A DNA stretch of 64,000 nt. Source: Macrostomum lignano. Lineage: Eukaryota. Positions 26,101-36,762 of this stretch are shown here, piece after piece; position 1 is the stretch's first letter, and each line of letters starts with the position of its first letter. Below the pieces are notes generated by a model. That model searched no databases and was not told the DNA's origin. It was given only the letters and a program-made list of their open reading frames with translations. The stretch covers positions 23,449 to 87,448 of the forward strand of contig NIVC01000242.1 of the NCBI GenBank assembly GCA_002269645.1, given 5' to 3'. The translations under genes were made by a program, and so were the position numbers.

Positions 26101-29100
26101 CCGGTATTTAGGTACCCCCAACCGGTATTTAGGTATCTCCAACCGGTATTTAGGTATCCCCAACCGGTATTTGAGTATCCCCAACAGATATCTTCCCCAA
26201 CAGATATCTTCCCCAACCGGTATTTAGGCATCCCTAATCGGTATTTAGGTATCCCCAACAGATATCTTCCCCAACCGGTATTTAGGCATCCCTAATCGGT
26301 ATTTAGGTATCCCCAACAGATGTCTTCCCCAACCGGTATTTAGGCATCCCTAATCGGTATTTAGGTATCCCCAACAGATATCTTCCCCAACCGGTATTTA
26401 GCTATTCGGCCATGATTCCCAATCAATGGCTAATTAACCCCGCAGCAGCGTGGCCAGCCCCCCGTCAGGTTGCGGCAGCGTAGTGCAGCTGCGCACCCAT
26501 CGACCAGCCAGGCGTCGTTCAGCCATCGAGGCAGTCGTCGCTGCCGATGTTAACAGCGACTGCGGTGCGAGTTCTACTACGGCGGCTACTTCGTCGGAAA
26601 CAGCAGGTGCGGCCTTGGAACCCCCGTCGGTGGTCCCAGGTTCGAGTCTCAAGCTTAGTTTCATTTAATTGATGGTATTTACTCTAAGCTCCCGTCGGTG
26701 GTCCTAGGTTCGAGTCCCAATTTTCGTTTCATTTAATTAATGGTATTTTACTCTTTCCCTGGAAACTCCCGTCGGTGGTCCTAGGTTCGAGTCCCCAAGT
26801 TTAATTTAATTATTTTTGTGTTTTTAAACTTGCTTCACAACTAGGCGAGTGAATATAAGCTGGAGTGGGCCAGTGCTGCAAGTTAAGCAGAGTTGGCTGT
26901 GGTTAGTATGCTCGGGTCCCCCTACGCCTACAGGGAGCCACAGTGATAGAATGGAAAACTGATCTGAGCTCCAGTCCCCCTGCTGCGATAGGGCGGCAGC
27001 GCTTGAGCAGCAGTGAATGGCCAGAGCCTACCATCTTACTACTCAACTGATAGTAGCCAGTAGCGAACATCTTTCTGTTGCAATTATTTTACAGCAGCCC
27101 CGTTCAGCAGCGCCAGCCGTCCCCAGCAGCAGCAGCAGCAGCTGTACTACAGCGTGAACAACAACGTTGGTTACGACTCCTCGTCCTCCCGCTCGTCCTC
27201 CTCATCCGCCGCTGCTTCTCTGTCCGGCGGCTCCAGCGACAACAATGGCAGTGACCATAATAAAGCCGCATCGGCCGATTATGAGAACACGGCCGGTGTG
27301 CTCAGGGCGGCTGCTCAGAGCGGATTGCACTGCTTTGATCATCTCAATCGGCAGGCTCTGGTGCTGATGGAGCATCGGGCGGAGGCTGTGCCGGTGCCGC
27401 TGCCGCCAATTCTGCCACCTACTGTGCCGCTGCCATCCGGTCTGCCTAGGGAGCAGCGGCAGCACCATCAGCATCCTCCCCAGACTCCTCAGCCTGCGAC
27501 TCAGTTAAATGCTCAGCCGCCGCAGTCTGGCGGCAAAAGAGGCTTCTTGCGCGGCCTGTTCAAGTGAGCTGATGGCTTATTGATAATTGATTTTTCATAT
27601 CGACATCTATGATATCCGATCAAAACTCTCCCATGCCTAATAACTCCGTTAGGTACCGTTTTAGATGTGTCTTCAGGGATGTGTCTTCAGGGATGTGTCT
27701 TCAAGAATGTGTCTTTCGGATGTGTCTTCAGGGATGTGTCTTCAGGGATGTGTCTTCAGGGATGTGTCTTCAAGAATGTGTCTTTCGGATGTGTCTTCAG
27801 GGATGTGTCTTCAGGGATGTGTCTTCAAGAATGTGTCTTTCGGATGTGTCTTCAGGGATGTGTCTTCAAGAATGTGTCTTCAGGGATGTGTCTTCAGGGA
27901 TGTGTCTTCAGGGGTGTGTTTTCAGGAATGTGTCTTCAGAAATGTGTCTTTAGGGATGTGTCTTCAAAGATGTGTTTTCGGGATATGTCTTCAACTATGT
28001 GGCTTCGGGATGTGGCTTCAGAGGTGTCTTTAGAAATGTGTCTTCAGGGATGTGTCTTCAAGAATGTGTATTTCGGATGTGTCTTCAGGGATGTGTCTTC
28101 AAGAATGTGTCTTTGGGATGTATCTTCAGGGATGTGTCTTCAAGAATGTGTCTTCAGGGATGTGTCTTCAGGGGTGTGTTTTCAGGAATGTGTCTTCAGG
28201 GATGTGTCTTCAGGGGTGTGTTTTCAGGAATGTGTCTTCAGAAATGTGTCTTCAAGAATGTGTCTTTGGGATGTATCTTCAGGGATGTGTCTTCAAGAAT
28301 GTGTCTTTCGGATGTGTCTTCAGGGATGTGTCTTCAGGGATGTGTCTTCAGGGATGTGTCTTCAGGGATGTGTCTTCAAGAATGTGTCTTTCGGGTGTGT
28401 CTTCAGGGATGTGTCTTCAAGAATGTGTCTTTGGGATGTATCTTCAGGGATGTGTCTTCAAGAATGTGTCTTCAGGGATGTGTCTTCAGGGATGTGTCTT
28501 CAGGGGTGTGTTTTCAGGAATGTGTCTTCAGAAATGTGTCTTTAGGGATGTGTCTTCAAAGATGTGTTTTCGGGATATGTCTTCAACTATGTGGCTTCGG
28601 GATGTGGCTTCAGAGGTGTCTTTAGAAATGTGTTTTCAGGGACGTGTTTTCAGGGACGTGTTTTCGGGATTTGTCTTAAAGGATGTGGCTTCGGGGGTGT
28701 CTTCAGAAATGTTTCTTCAAGGATGTGTCTTTAGAAATTTGTCCTCAAGGGTGTCTTCAATTCTGTGTCTTCAGAGATGTGTCTTCTCAGAAATGGGTCC
28801 TCACGGATGGTGTCTTTAAGGATCTTCCGTCTGGTGATGTTTTCAGTTCCGCGTGCCTCAGTCTTACTGATACCTTTGCTATATCTACCAATTCCCCACT
28901 ATATTCTCAGACTTCGTCGGCCCGGCCGGTCAAAGTCGCAGCACCAGCACCAGCTGCAGCAGCAGCAGCTGACGCAGCAGCACCGCAACCAGGGCGGCAG
29001 TCCGCGCCCGCTGGCCATCAAGCTGGACAGCTCGGAGCCGCCGTCCAATTCTGGCGGCCTCAGGCCCGATTCGGGCCACGCCTGGCTTGTCTCCTCCCCG

Positions 29101-29379
29101 CCGCCGCTGTCCCCGCCGCCTCCGCAACCGCCGCCGCCGCCTCCGCCGCCTACGCAGCCGCCGCCGCTGCCACCTCCGCCGCCGACTCCGCCGCCGTTGC
29201 CACCGCCGCCGCCGGCGCGCTACAGTCCGCACAGCACGCAGGCGGGGGCTGGCGCGGCCGGTGCTGCAGCAGCTGCTGGCAGTGCTGGTGGCGCCCCCTC
29301 TGTCAGCGCTGTGGTTGGCGAAGAGCTCTACGCCACCGTCATCAAGAATCGGAAACTGCAGCCAGTTAGCGACTCCTAA
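8194..29379 (+). CDS. par-3: Partitioning defective 3 (Par-3/Bazooka) polarity scaffold, 9 coding exons
   Basis: N-terminal MKVTVSFGSTKLVVPCGAGEIT...DGGILDWDDRVADVLDDRE domain; three PDZ domains; RSCSLDEL resembling the aPKC-site region; KRGFLRGLFKLRR motif. Exons 8194-8511, 8807-9267, 10701-11543 (needs +1 nt near 11150), 21529 or 21769-22062, 22383-22871, 25327-25688, 26446-26606, 27095-27563, 28911-29379; splice phases compatible. Confidence 0.93.
8534..8775. repeat. 21-bp minisatellite (TGCAATCTCCCATAGAGAAAG), par-3 intron 1
   Basis: About 11 tandem units read directly. Confidence 0.95.
9345..10605. repeat. 40-bp minisatellite (GTGTGACCTTGCATTGTGACCGTATTGTCTA(G/T)GGTCA(C/T)CG), par-3 intron 2
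   Basis: About 31 near-identical units; no spacers. Confidence 0.95.
12312..13218. repeat. 46-bp minisatellite (ACACAAGGACTACTCAAGTACTCGTAGGACGGATGATGCGTGTTTT)
   Basis: About 20 tandem units. Confidence 0.95.
14120..14566. repeat. 20/21-bp minisatellite (ATAGTCTAAGG(G)CATCTACGG)
   Basis: Tandem units read directly. Confidence 0.95.
14592..14839 (+). mobile_element. tRNA-derived SINE with CORE-like central domain
   Basis: A box TAACCTAGTGG and B box GGTTCGATTC, then tgtgtccttgagcaagacactt...cttcagttcacccagctataaaatggg. A homologous copy lies at 62042-62275. Confidence 0.85.
15555..15622 (-). mobile_element. Decayed tRNA-like SINE head (second family)
   Basis: Minus strand GGGGGCCGTAGCCCAGTTGTCTAGCGCG...GGCTCGATTCC has A- and B-box-like motifs but no cloverleaf. 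Confidence 0.5.
17082..17602. repeat. 25-bp minisatellite (GCATAGACTGGAT(A/G)AGG(C/T)GCCAGCT)
   Basis: About 21 tandem units. Confidence 0.95.
18155..18985. repeat. Compound 20-bp and 16-bp minisatellite with TTAGGAAACCAC core
   Basis: 20-bp units grade into 16-bp units at about 18550. Confidence 0.93.
20795..21130. repeat. About 24-bp minisatellite (GAGTGACAGATGCGGTGAAGTAGT)
   Basis: Variable tandem units. Confidence 0.9.
21525..21768. repeat. (GTCA/GGCA/GCCA)n tetranucleotide microsatellite abutting or inside par-3 exon 4
   Basis: About 60 units; open in the par-3 frame. Confidence 0.95.
22112..22335. repeat. 48-bp minisatellite, par-3 intron 4
   Basis: 4-5 units of CTGGCAGTATCTGACAGACACTGGGGTCAGCGGGGTCATGACCTCAGA. 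Confidence 0.92.
23640..24545. repeat. 44-47-bp minisatellite (GTGTGTGACCATGGATACAGCATAGCAACGGTAGCTTTATCCAA)
   Basis: About 20 tandem units. Confidence 0.95.
25770..26400. repeat. 21-bp minisatellite (CCCCAACCGGTATTTAGGTAT)
   Basis: About 30 units filling par-3 intron 6. Confidence 0.95.
26620..26800 (+). repeat. Three tandem copies of a ~70-bp unit with a tRNA T-arm/B-box
   Basis: CCCGTCGGTGGTCC(C/T)AGGTTCGAGTC at about 26622, 26691 and 26768, each followed by an AT-rich tail. Confidence 0.8.
27664..28800. repeat. Degenerate ~14-bp minisatellite (GATGTGTCTTCAGG)
   Basis: Fills par-3 intron 8. Confidence 0.92.
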
Positions 29380-29440
29380 TAATTCTTTTAATAATGTGCT
29401 TTTGACTGCAGCTGCACCTCTGCTGGCTTGAATCGCCTGT

Positions 29441-29880
29441 CTCCCAGATCCTCAGTTGCTGGGCCAGCCTCCCAGATCCTCAGTTGCTGGGCCAGCCTCC
29501 CAGATCCTCAGTTGCTAAGCCAGCCTCCCAGATCCTCAGTTGCTGGGCCAGCCTCCCAGATCCTCAGTTGCTGGGCCAGCCTCCCAGATCCTCAGTTGCT
29601 GGGCCAGCCTCCCAGATCCTCAGTTGCTGGGCCAGCCTCCCAGATCCTCAGTTGCTGGGCCAGCCTCCCAGATCCTCAGTTGCTGGGCCAGCCTCCCAGA
29701 TCCTCAGTTGCTGGGCCAGCCTCCCAGATCCTCAGTTGCTGGGCCAGCCTCCCAGATCATCAGTTGCTGGGCCAGCCTCCCAGATCCTCAGTTGCTGGGC
29801 CAGCCTCCCAGATCCTCAGTTGCTGGGCCAGCCTCCCAGATCCTCAGTGCTGGGCCAGCCTCCCAGATCCTCAGTTGCTG
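29441..29880 (+). repeat. 28-bp minisatellite (CCTCCCAGATCCTCAGTTGCTGGGCCAG)
   Basis: About 15 units; the same unit occurs inverted at 38503-39662. Confidence 0.95.
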
Positions 29881-30079
29881 CGGTCAGAATGTGCAATCAC
29901 TCTAGACTTCATTAAGATAAAAGCTTTCCAAAGTCAGTTAGTTCACACTCGACTGTCATAGGCAAAGCCGGTGCATGAAGTTTCCACCGATAACGCTGCT
30001 GTGATGTTAAAAATACTCTGGATTTTTTAAACTTGTATTCGCATTAAGTGAGTCTGTTTTTTTATTAATTTCTGTGTTA

Positions 30080-31387
30080 CGAGGGGCGTACTGAAAGTTT
30101 TGAGATATGGTTGACTCATAAGTCACAACTGCACAAATTTTTATGTACATACTCTACCACCCTTAAGATGATTGGGTATAAATTTTCAGCCTTCGCGCTT
30201 TTGTCAATTTTTCACAATCACTCTTCAAAATCAATACCCCCTACCAAACTGTACTTGCTCCAATGGAGTTGACAAACCGCGACTTTCGTGCCATGATAGT
30301 TTACGACCAGCGAAAAGGTCTCACGCAGGAGCAGTGCGTTGAAAGTTTACGTGCTGCCTTTGGAGACCAAGCCCCTTCACGTGCCACAGTTTTTCGTTGG
30401 TACAGCGAGTGTAAGTGGGGCCGAAGCAGCCTTGATGACGAGCCTCGGACGGGACGTCCAGCTTCCGCAGTCACGGATGAAAACATCGCTGCTGTTCGGA
30501 GAATGATTGACGAGGACCGGCGAGTGACCTGTGCCGAGATCAGAGACGCCCTCGGCATTGGATCGGCAGCGGTTACGACCATCCTGCACGACAAGCTGGG
30601 AGCCTCCAAGCGGTGTGCCCGATGGGTGCCCCACAACCTGACGGAGGACCAGAAAGCGGAGAGGGTGCGTTGGTGCGAGTTTATGCTCGAAAGATTCGAT
30701 TCTGGGGCCTCGAAGCGATGCTGGGAGATCATCACAGGCGATGAGACCTGGGTCTACCAGTACGACCCGGAAACCAAGCAGCAGTCGGCAGTTTGGCTCC
30801 TTCCGGACGATGCCACCCCAACGAAGGTCAAGCGGGCCCGCAGCGTCGGGAAGCAGATGGTGGCGACTTTCTTCAGCCAGGCTGGCCACCTGGCGACTGT
30901 AGCGCTCCAAGACAGGCGGACAGTCAATGCCGACTGGTATATCAACCAGTGCCTGCCACTCGTGCTCGATGCGTGGCGCAGACGCCGGCCGCGCACCGGA
31001 CTTCGTGGTCTGCTGCTGCACCACGACAATGCCAGTGCGCACACAGCTGCTGCAACATTGGCATTTCTGGCTGAAAATGGAGTCCAGTTGGTGACGTATC
31101 CCACATATTCCCCTGACCTGGCACCCTGCGACTTCTTTCTCTTCCCTTTGGTGAAGAACCAACTGCGTGGGACTCGGTTTGAGAGCCCTGAAGCAGCAAG
31201 ATTCGAGTTCGAGCGGGTAGTGTCAGCAGTGCCAGAAGAACAGTGGGCTGGAGCCTGGACGCAGTGGTTTCACCGGATGAGGAAATGCGTACAAGCGGGT
31301 GGCAACTACTTTGAAAAGTTGTGACAAAAATTTTGCTTCAGACATTTGTGGTTTCGGTGTATCTCAAAACTTTCAGTATGCCCCTCG
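30080..31387 (+). mobile_element. Full-length mariner (DD34D) element, 1308 bp
   Basis: 28-bp TIRs (30080-30107 and 31360-31387, one mismatch); TA duplications at 30078-79 and 31388-89; internal transposase ORF. Confidence 0.97.
30263..31324 (+). CDS. Mariner transposase, 353 aa
   Basis: HTH region, WVPHNL, TGDETW, HHDNA and YSPDLAPCDF; 34 residues between the second and third Asp, counted by hand. Confidence 0.97.
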   Translation: MELTNRDFRAMIVYDQRKGLTQEQCVESLRAAFGDQAPSRATVFRWYSECKWGRSSLDDEPRTGRPASAVTDENIAAVRRMIDEDRRVTCAEIRDALGIGSAAVTTILHDKLGASKRCARWVPHNLTEDQKAERVRWCEFMLERFDSGASKRCWEIITGDETWVYQYDPETKQQSAVWLLPDDATPTKVKRARSVGKQMVATFFSQAGHLATVALQDRRTVNADWYINQCLPLVLDAWRRRRPRTGLRGLLLHHDNASAHTAAATLAFLAENGVQLVTYPTYSPDLAPCDFFLFPLVKNQLRGTRFESPEAARFEFERVVSAVPEEQWAGAWTQWFHRMRKCVQAGGNYFEKL

Positions 31388-31787
31388 TATTCAATCCCTG
31401 AGCTTGCTAAACTAACTTATGCGTATAGAGATGGCGTATTACTGACCTAAAGCATTCTACTACTATAAGTAGGTGCGCAGCGAATTTTGTACAGTTTATT
31501 TATCTTAGCTAAAGTCATTTCGCACGAATTATTTTTACACAGTCTGTGATCCATATTTCAATTTGTTAGAGTCAATCATGCATTGTGAATATCCTAAATG
31601 CTGTTCCTATCGTTTGCAGCTGCGCGCTCTCTCTCTCTCTAGTCCGAACTGCAAAGCTTTTCTAGTCGCTTCAGGGCTCTCAGCCTTGTTTTTTTATTAT
31701 CTTTATATTTAGAATGCTTTTTACTATTCAACATTTACTCTCATCCACTGGATCCCTTCCGCTATTGATGTGTTTTATGTAAAGTCG

Positions 31788-32162
31788 CTGATTGGCCAGC
31801 CAATTAGAGACTAGCTAGAGATATACAGGCACTGATTGGTCAGCCAATTAAAGACTAGCTAGAGATATGCAGGCACTGATTCACCAGCCAATGAGAGACT
31901 AGCTAGAGATATACATGTACAGGCACTGATTGGTCAGCCAATTAGAGACTAGCTAGAGATATACAGGCACTGATTGGCCAGCCAATTAGAGACTAGCTAG
32001 AGATATGCAGGCACTGATTGGTCAGCCAGTTAGAGACTAGCTAGAGATATGCAGGCACTGATTGGTCAGCCAGTTAGAGACTAGCTAGAGATGTAGGCAC
32101 TGATTCTCTAGCCAATTAGAGACTAGCTAAAGATATATAGGCACTGATTGGCCAGCCAATCG
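31788..32162. repeat. About 42-bp minisatellite with an inverted CCAAT pair (CTGATTGG(T/C)CAGCCAATTAGAGACTAGCTAGAGATATACAGGCA)
   Basis: About 9 tandem units. Confidence 0.93.
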
Positions 32163-32854
32163 GAGACCCGTTGATTTCAGCGCCATATATTTTTGTTCCC
32201 TTAATTTCGTTTAGATGGGTATTTTATTTTACCCTGTCTAAATGTGTTATTTTGTCTTGTTTGACAAAATTGTCTTGTTTTATACAATCTTTCTTTCTGC
32301 TATTTTGTCCCAGCCACATTTGTGTCGAATTGTGTGCAATCATTCATGACATTTTGCCCCTTTACTTTCGCGAAATATTATTACCATGGAAGTAATATAC
32401 AAATTAATAGAATGTAATAGTACTTAAATTTCCTTAATGTAATTCTATTTTAAATTAAATCAATATCTCAGTTCCTCTTCTATTTTTTATATAACTTTGA
32501 GAACAGTGCATTGGATTTGGTGGTTATTTTGGTTGCTACGGCCAGCGTCTCACGCATACGAGCATTGGGTACGAGAAGAAAATAATAAATCATATCGTTT
32601 TGTTTTAGTGCAGAATTTTTGTGTGCTTCACTGGTCAGTCTGGGCGCATGCTGTGCCAATGCGAGTAGCAAATATGCAGTGCTCAGGCGTTCCTTGCCAC
32701 CTCCCCAATGCGAGGGGGTGAGTTCTGCTAAGCTATGCAAGTACAACATGCAGGATCTACACCCAAATTGAGAATGAGCAGGGGAGCATTTAGTATAGAT
32801 GCATGATATGAGATTGACTGATTGCTAAGGTAGTCAGACAAGTGAGTGATTGAC

Positions 32855-33220
32855 TGGGGGATTGGGGTCAGTTTGGGTCAGCGTGTCTGGAGTGACTACT
32901 GGGGTATTGGGGTCAGTTTGGGGTCAGCGTGTCTGGAGTGACTACTGGGGTATTGGGGTCAGCGTGTCTGGAGTGACTACTGGGGTATTGGGGTCAGCGT
33001 GTCTGGAGTGACTACTGGGGTATTGGGGTCAGCGTGTCTGGAGTGACTACTGGGGTATTGGGGTCAGCGTGTCTGGAGTGACTACTGGGGGATTGGGGTC
33101 AGTTTGGGGTCAGCATGTCTGGAGTGACTACTGGGGGATTGGGGTCAGCGTGTCTGGAGTGACTACTGGGGGTTGGGGTCAGCGTGTCTGGAGTGACTAC
33201 TGGGGGATTGGGGTCAGTGT
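32855..33220. repeat. 35-bp minisatellite (GGGGTCAGCGTGTCTGGAGTGACTACTGGGGTATT)
   Basis: About 10 tandem units. Confidence 0.93.
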
Positions 33221-33623
33221 GACAGGGCGGGGGTGTAGTACGGCTAAGTAAATAAGGGGTCTCATGAGGGACCTAACTGTACATGTACGAGCGTAGGAGC
33301 TAGTGAATGTGGTACTGGGGAGAGTCACTTAGATGTGAATTGGTTGATTGCAAGAGTGAAAGAATGGCGGGTGAACGAGTGCATAGAGTGATAGTGATAA
33401 AAGATGAGATCGCTGTGAGCACACAGGCTCTCCCACACGGAGACGCGGGGGAGCCATAGAGGTCAGAGCTGCGGGGCCTCTGGCAACCCCCCCCCCCTGT
33501 GCTGAATGGGCGACAGCTTCTGCCGCGTGTATTTGCATTTAGAAGGGGATTCAAATCCCCTGCGCTTGATCCCTCAGCCGTGGCTATTTACTGTATATTG
33601 AAGCCTCTGGCTGGCCCGGGCTG

Positions 33624-33631
33624 TATTTAAA
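33624..33631 (+). promoter_or_regulatory. Candidate TATA-like box (TATTTAAA) of an upstream first exon
   Basis: Precedes a GC-rich leader that ends in CAG|GTATAT at 33853; motif evidence only. Confidence 0.35.
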
Positions 33632-34514
33632 GCTGGACTTCCCTCCTGCAGCTGTTACCGCGGCTCCTGCAAGCCTCACGGTTGAACTGCCGCCTCAGAC
33701 TGCACGCATTGCAGACGCGTTTCTTAACAGTCTGAGCGAGGCTCTGTAGTACTGCAGACTTCATTGCTGCGCACTGCTCGCTGAGAACAGCTCGAGAGGC
33801 ATATCGGTTGCCATGGAGCAGCCCTCTGGTTGATGGAGCAATCGCACGGTCAGGTATATACGTGCTATTCGCGCTAAAAATGAGTGTTAATAAAATTCCA
33901 ATATTCACTAGTTCCATTCCCATAACGAATGTGTTTGCCGAGTAGCCCAGGGGAGTCCCCCGGTGCTCTTGCCGTTGGAGAGCAAACAATCAATTCCATA
34001 GCATGATGATCTCACTTAAACTACCGCTAGAAGCACTTTTTCAGTATTTTCCTTTCACCTTGGAGCAGCGGCCAACCAACGGAAACGGAAAACAGTAGAA
34101 GAATTCAGAGAGAGAATTAAAGGGGAGAAATTATTACAGAGGAGACCGCAATTTGATTTGGCTGCGACAGCCCTCTCTGCCCCGCTGTCTTGGCCCACAT
34201 CGTGTGCGCTCTCTACTGTCTCGCAACTGTCAGTCTTTCGTGTGCGCGGCCAGCCATGCAGCAACCCGAAAGAGTAGAGAGAAAATCCTTTCAACTACTT
34301 TAGTTTCGGTGAGAGCCGAACGCGACCTCTGCCGCAAGTCGCACTTCAGCGCGCGCACAGACAGAGAGGCAGAGAGAAGCGGAGAAACAAGTGGCACGCA
34401 CCACGAGCGAGTAACCGTTTGGCTCTCTATAGTCCATCCATCTCAGCCGCTGCTCGCCGTGCGCTCTCTCCGTTAAGAGGCTCAGTTTGCACGCTAGCCG
34501 CAATTGCAGCCAGC

Positions 34515-34522
34515 TATAAATA
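34515..34522 (+). promoter_or_regulatory. Candidate TATA box (TATAAATA)
   Basis: About 120 nt upstream of ATG 34642, in GC-rich surroundings. Confidence 0.5.
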
Positions 34523-34641
34523 GGCGACCCCGCGAGTGCAAAATTACAACAGCAGCAGTTGCCCCCCTCCCTCTCGACCCAAAGCGATATTAAAAACCCA
34601 AAAGTGCTGCAACTGCTACAGTCGATCGCGCGGTCCCCTCA

Positions 34642-36762
34642 ATGCAGACCTCACTGTGGACTGGCTCAGCTGGTCGAGGAGGCGGCGGCGGCGGTAGCGG
34701 CGGCGGCAGCGGCCGGCGGCCCTCCTCTGTGGCTGGCTCTGTGTCGGCGGCAGCTGGAGGGGCGTCCGCCGGATCTTCATCTGCAGGCGGCGGCTTCCGG
34801 TTCGCGCACAGCGAGCACAGCAAGGAGCGCCACCGGGCCGAGAACCTGTCGGCTTCCCGGTCGCTGCTGGGTGGCTCCGGTGACATTGGCGGCTCTGTGG
34901 AGCTGCACCACCCAGCGTCCGCGGCGGAGGCGCACCTGGCCGCCGGCTGTCCGCGCCTGCGGGTCCTCCGGCTGGCCGAGCCGCCACCGCCGTCGTCAAA
35001 TTCGGCAACGCCGACGCCGTCAACTGGCGGCCGGACTCTGACGCCGCCGTCGTTTCTGCTGACTCTGCCAAACGACACGGTCGACGGAAACCTCGCCAAT
35101 TACCACGGCGACGAGGACGACGACGAGCTGCGTCAGCTACAGCAGCTCCGGCAGCAGCGGCAGCACATCGAGGCGTCGATCCGCTCGTTGGCAGCCTCTG
35201 TCGCTTCGTCAACGCAGCAACAGCTGGCGGCAACCGGCTGCGCCGAGTCTGCCGCTGCCGAGTTGCACGTGGACTCTAGGCTGACGCCGGACTCGCCGGA
35301 AGAGCAGCGACGCGTCAGGCGAAAGAAGCTGCGCCGGCGGGCCCTGGTTGGCGTCTACCTTACCGCCGTGCTGCTGGCAGTCCTGGCTGTGGTCTTCCTG
35401 GCCGCCAAGGGGGTCTTTTATACGTCGGGTGAGCTGCCAGTGTCACTCTGCCTGTCTGCCAGTGTCACTCTGCCTGTTCATGTCACTGTCCGTCTGCCAG
35501 TGTGACTCCGCCTGTCTGCCATTGTCACTCTGTAGGTCGGGCTGCCAGTGTCACTCTGTAGGTCGGACTGCCGGTGTCACTCGGACTGTCTGCCAGTGTC
35601 ACTCTGTATGTCGGGCTGTTAGTGTCACTCCGTTTGTATCTCTCGACTGTCGGTCTGCCAGTGTCACTCGGTCTGTCTGCCAGTGTCACTCTGTATGTCG
35701 GGCTGTTAGTGTCACTCCGTTTGTATCTCTCGACTGTCGGTCTGCCAGTGTCACTCTGTCTGCCAGTGTCACTCTGTCTACCCGTGTCACTCTGTCTACC
35801 TGTGTCACTCTGTCTACCCGTGTCACTCTGTCTACCTGTGTCACTCTGTCTACCTGTGTCACTCTGTCTGCCAGTATCACTCTGTCTGTCTGCCAGTCAC
35901 TTATTCACCTGTGTCACTGTCTGTCTGCCAGTCACTTATTCACCTATGTCTAAGGTCTGTCTGTCTGTCACTTATTCACCTGTGTCACTGTCTGTCTGCC
36001 AGTCACTTATTCACCTGTGTCACTGTCTGTCTGCCAGTCACTTATTCACCTGTGTCACTGTCTGTCTGCCTGTCACTTATTCACCTGTGTCACTGTCTGT
36101 CTGCCAGTCACTTATTCACCTGTGTCACTGTCTGTCTGCCAGTCACTTATTCACCTGTGTCTAAGGTCTGTCTGGCAGTCACTTATTCACCTGTGTCTAA
36201 GGTCTGTCTGGCAGTCACTTATTCACCTGTGTCACTGTCTGTCTGCTAGTCACTTATTCACCTGTGTCACTGTCTGTCTGCCAGTCACTTATTCACCTGT
36301 GTCACTGTCTGTCTGCCTGTCACTTATTCACCTGTGTCTAAGGTCTGTCTGTCAGTCACTTATTCACCTGTGTCTAAGGTCTGTCTGTCAGTCACTTATT
36401 CACCTGTGTTTAAGGTCTGTCTGGCAGTCACTTATTCACCTGTGTCTAAGGTCTGTCTGTCAGTCACTTATTCACCTGTGTCTAAGGTCTGTCTGGCAGT
36501 CACTTATTCACCTGTGTCTAAGGTCTGTCTGTCAGTCACTTATTCACCTGTGTCACTGTCTGTCTGCCAGTCACTTATTCACCTGTGTCACTGTCTGTCT
36601 GCTAGTCACTTATTCACCTGTGTCACTGTCTGTCTGCCAGTCACTTATTCACCTGTGTCTAAGGTTTGTCTGTCTACACCCTTGAAGCCCTCTAAATCCC
36701 TCGAAACTGAATTTAGTTTTCCAAGCGGATTTGCAGACGTTTTCGTGGCACCAGCTCTTTAA
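34642..36762 (+). CDS. Uncharacterised low-complexity protein with one C-terminal TM helix (tail-anchored-like)
   Basis: GC-rich exon 34642-35428 with host-like codon style. RRVRRKKLRRR is followed by ALVGVYLTAVLLAVLAVVFLAA and the donor G|GTGAG. Tentative last exon 36737-36762 (DVFVAPAL*). Possible alternative first exon 33833-33853. Confidence 0.65.
35437..36670. repeat. Compound GTCAC-containing minisatellite (~20-bp grading into ~35-bp units)
   Basis: Starts about 8 nt after the donor at 35429. Confidence 0.92.

Noticed and set aside
33627-33989. Minus-strand 120-aa ORF resembling a secreted peptide precursor
   Set aside because: The hydrophobic stretch comes from AT-rich sequence just after a plus-strand donor; better explained as antisense to a plus-strand first exon. 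Not fully excluded.
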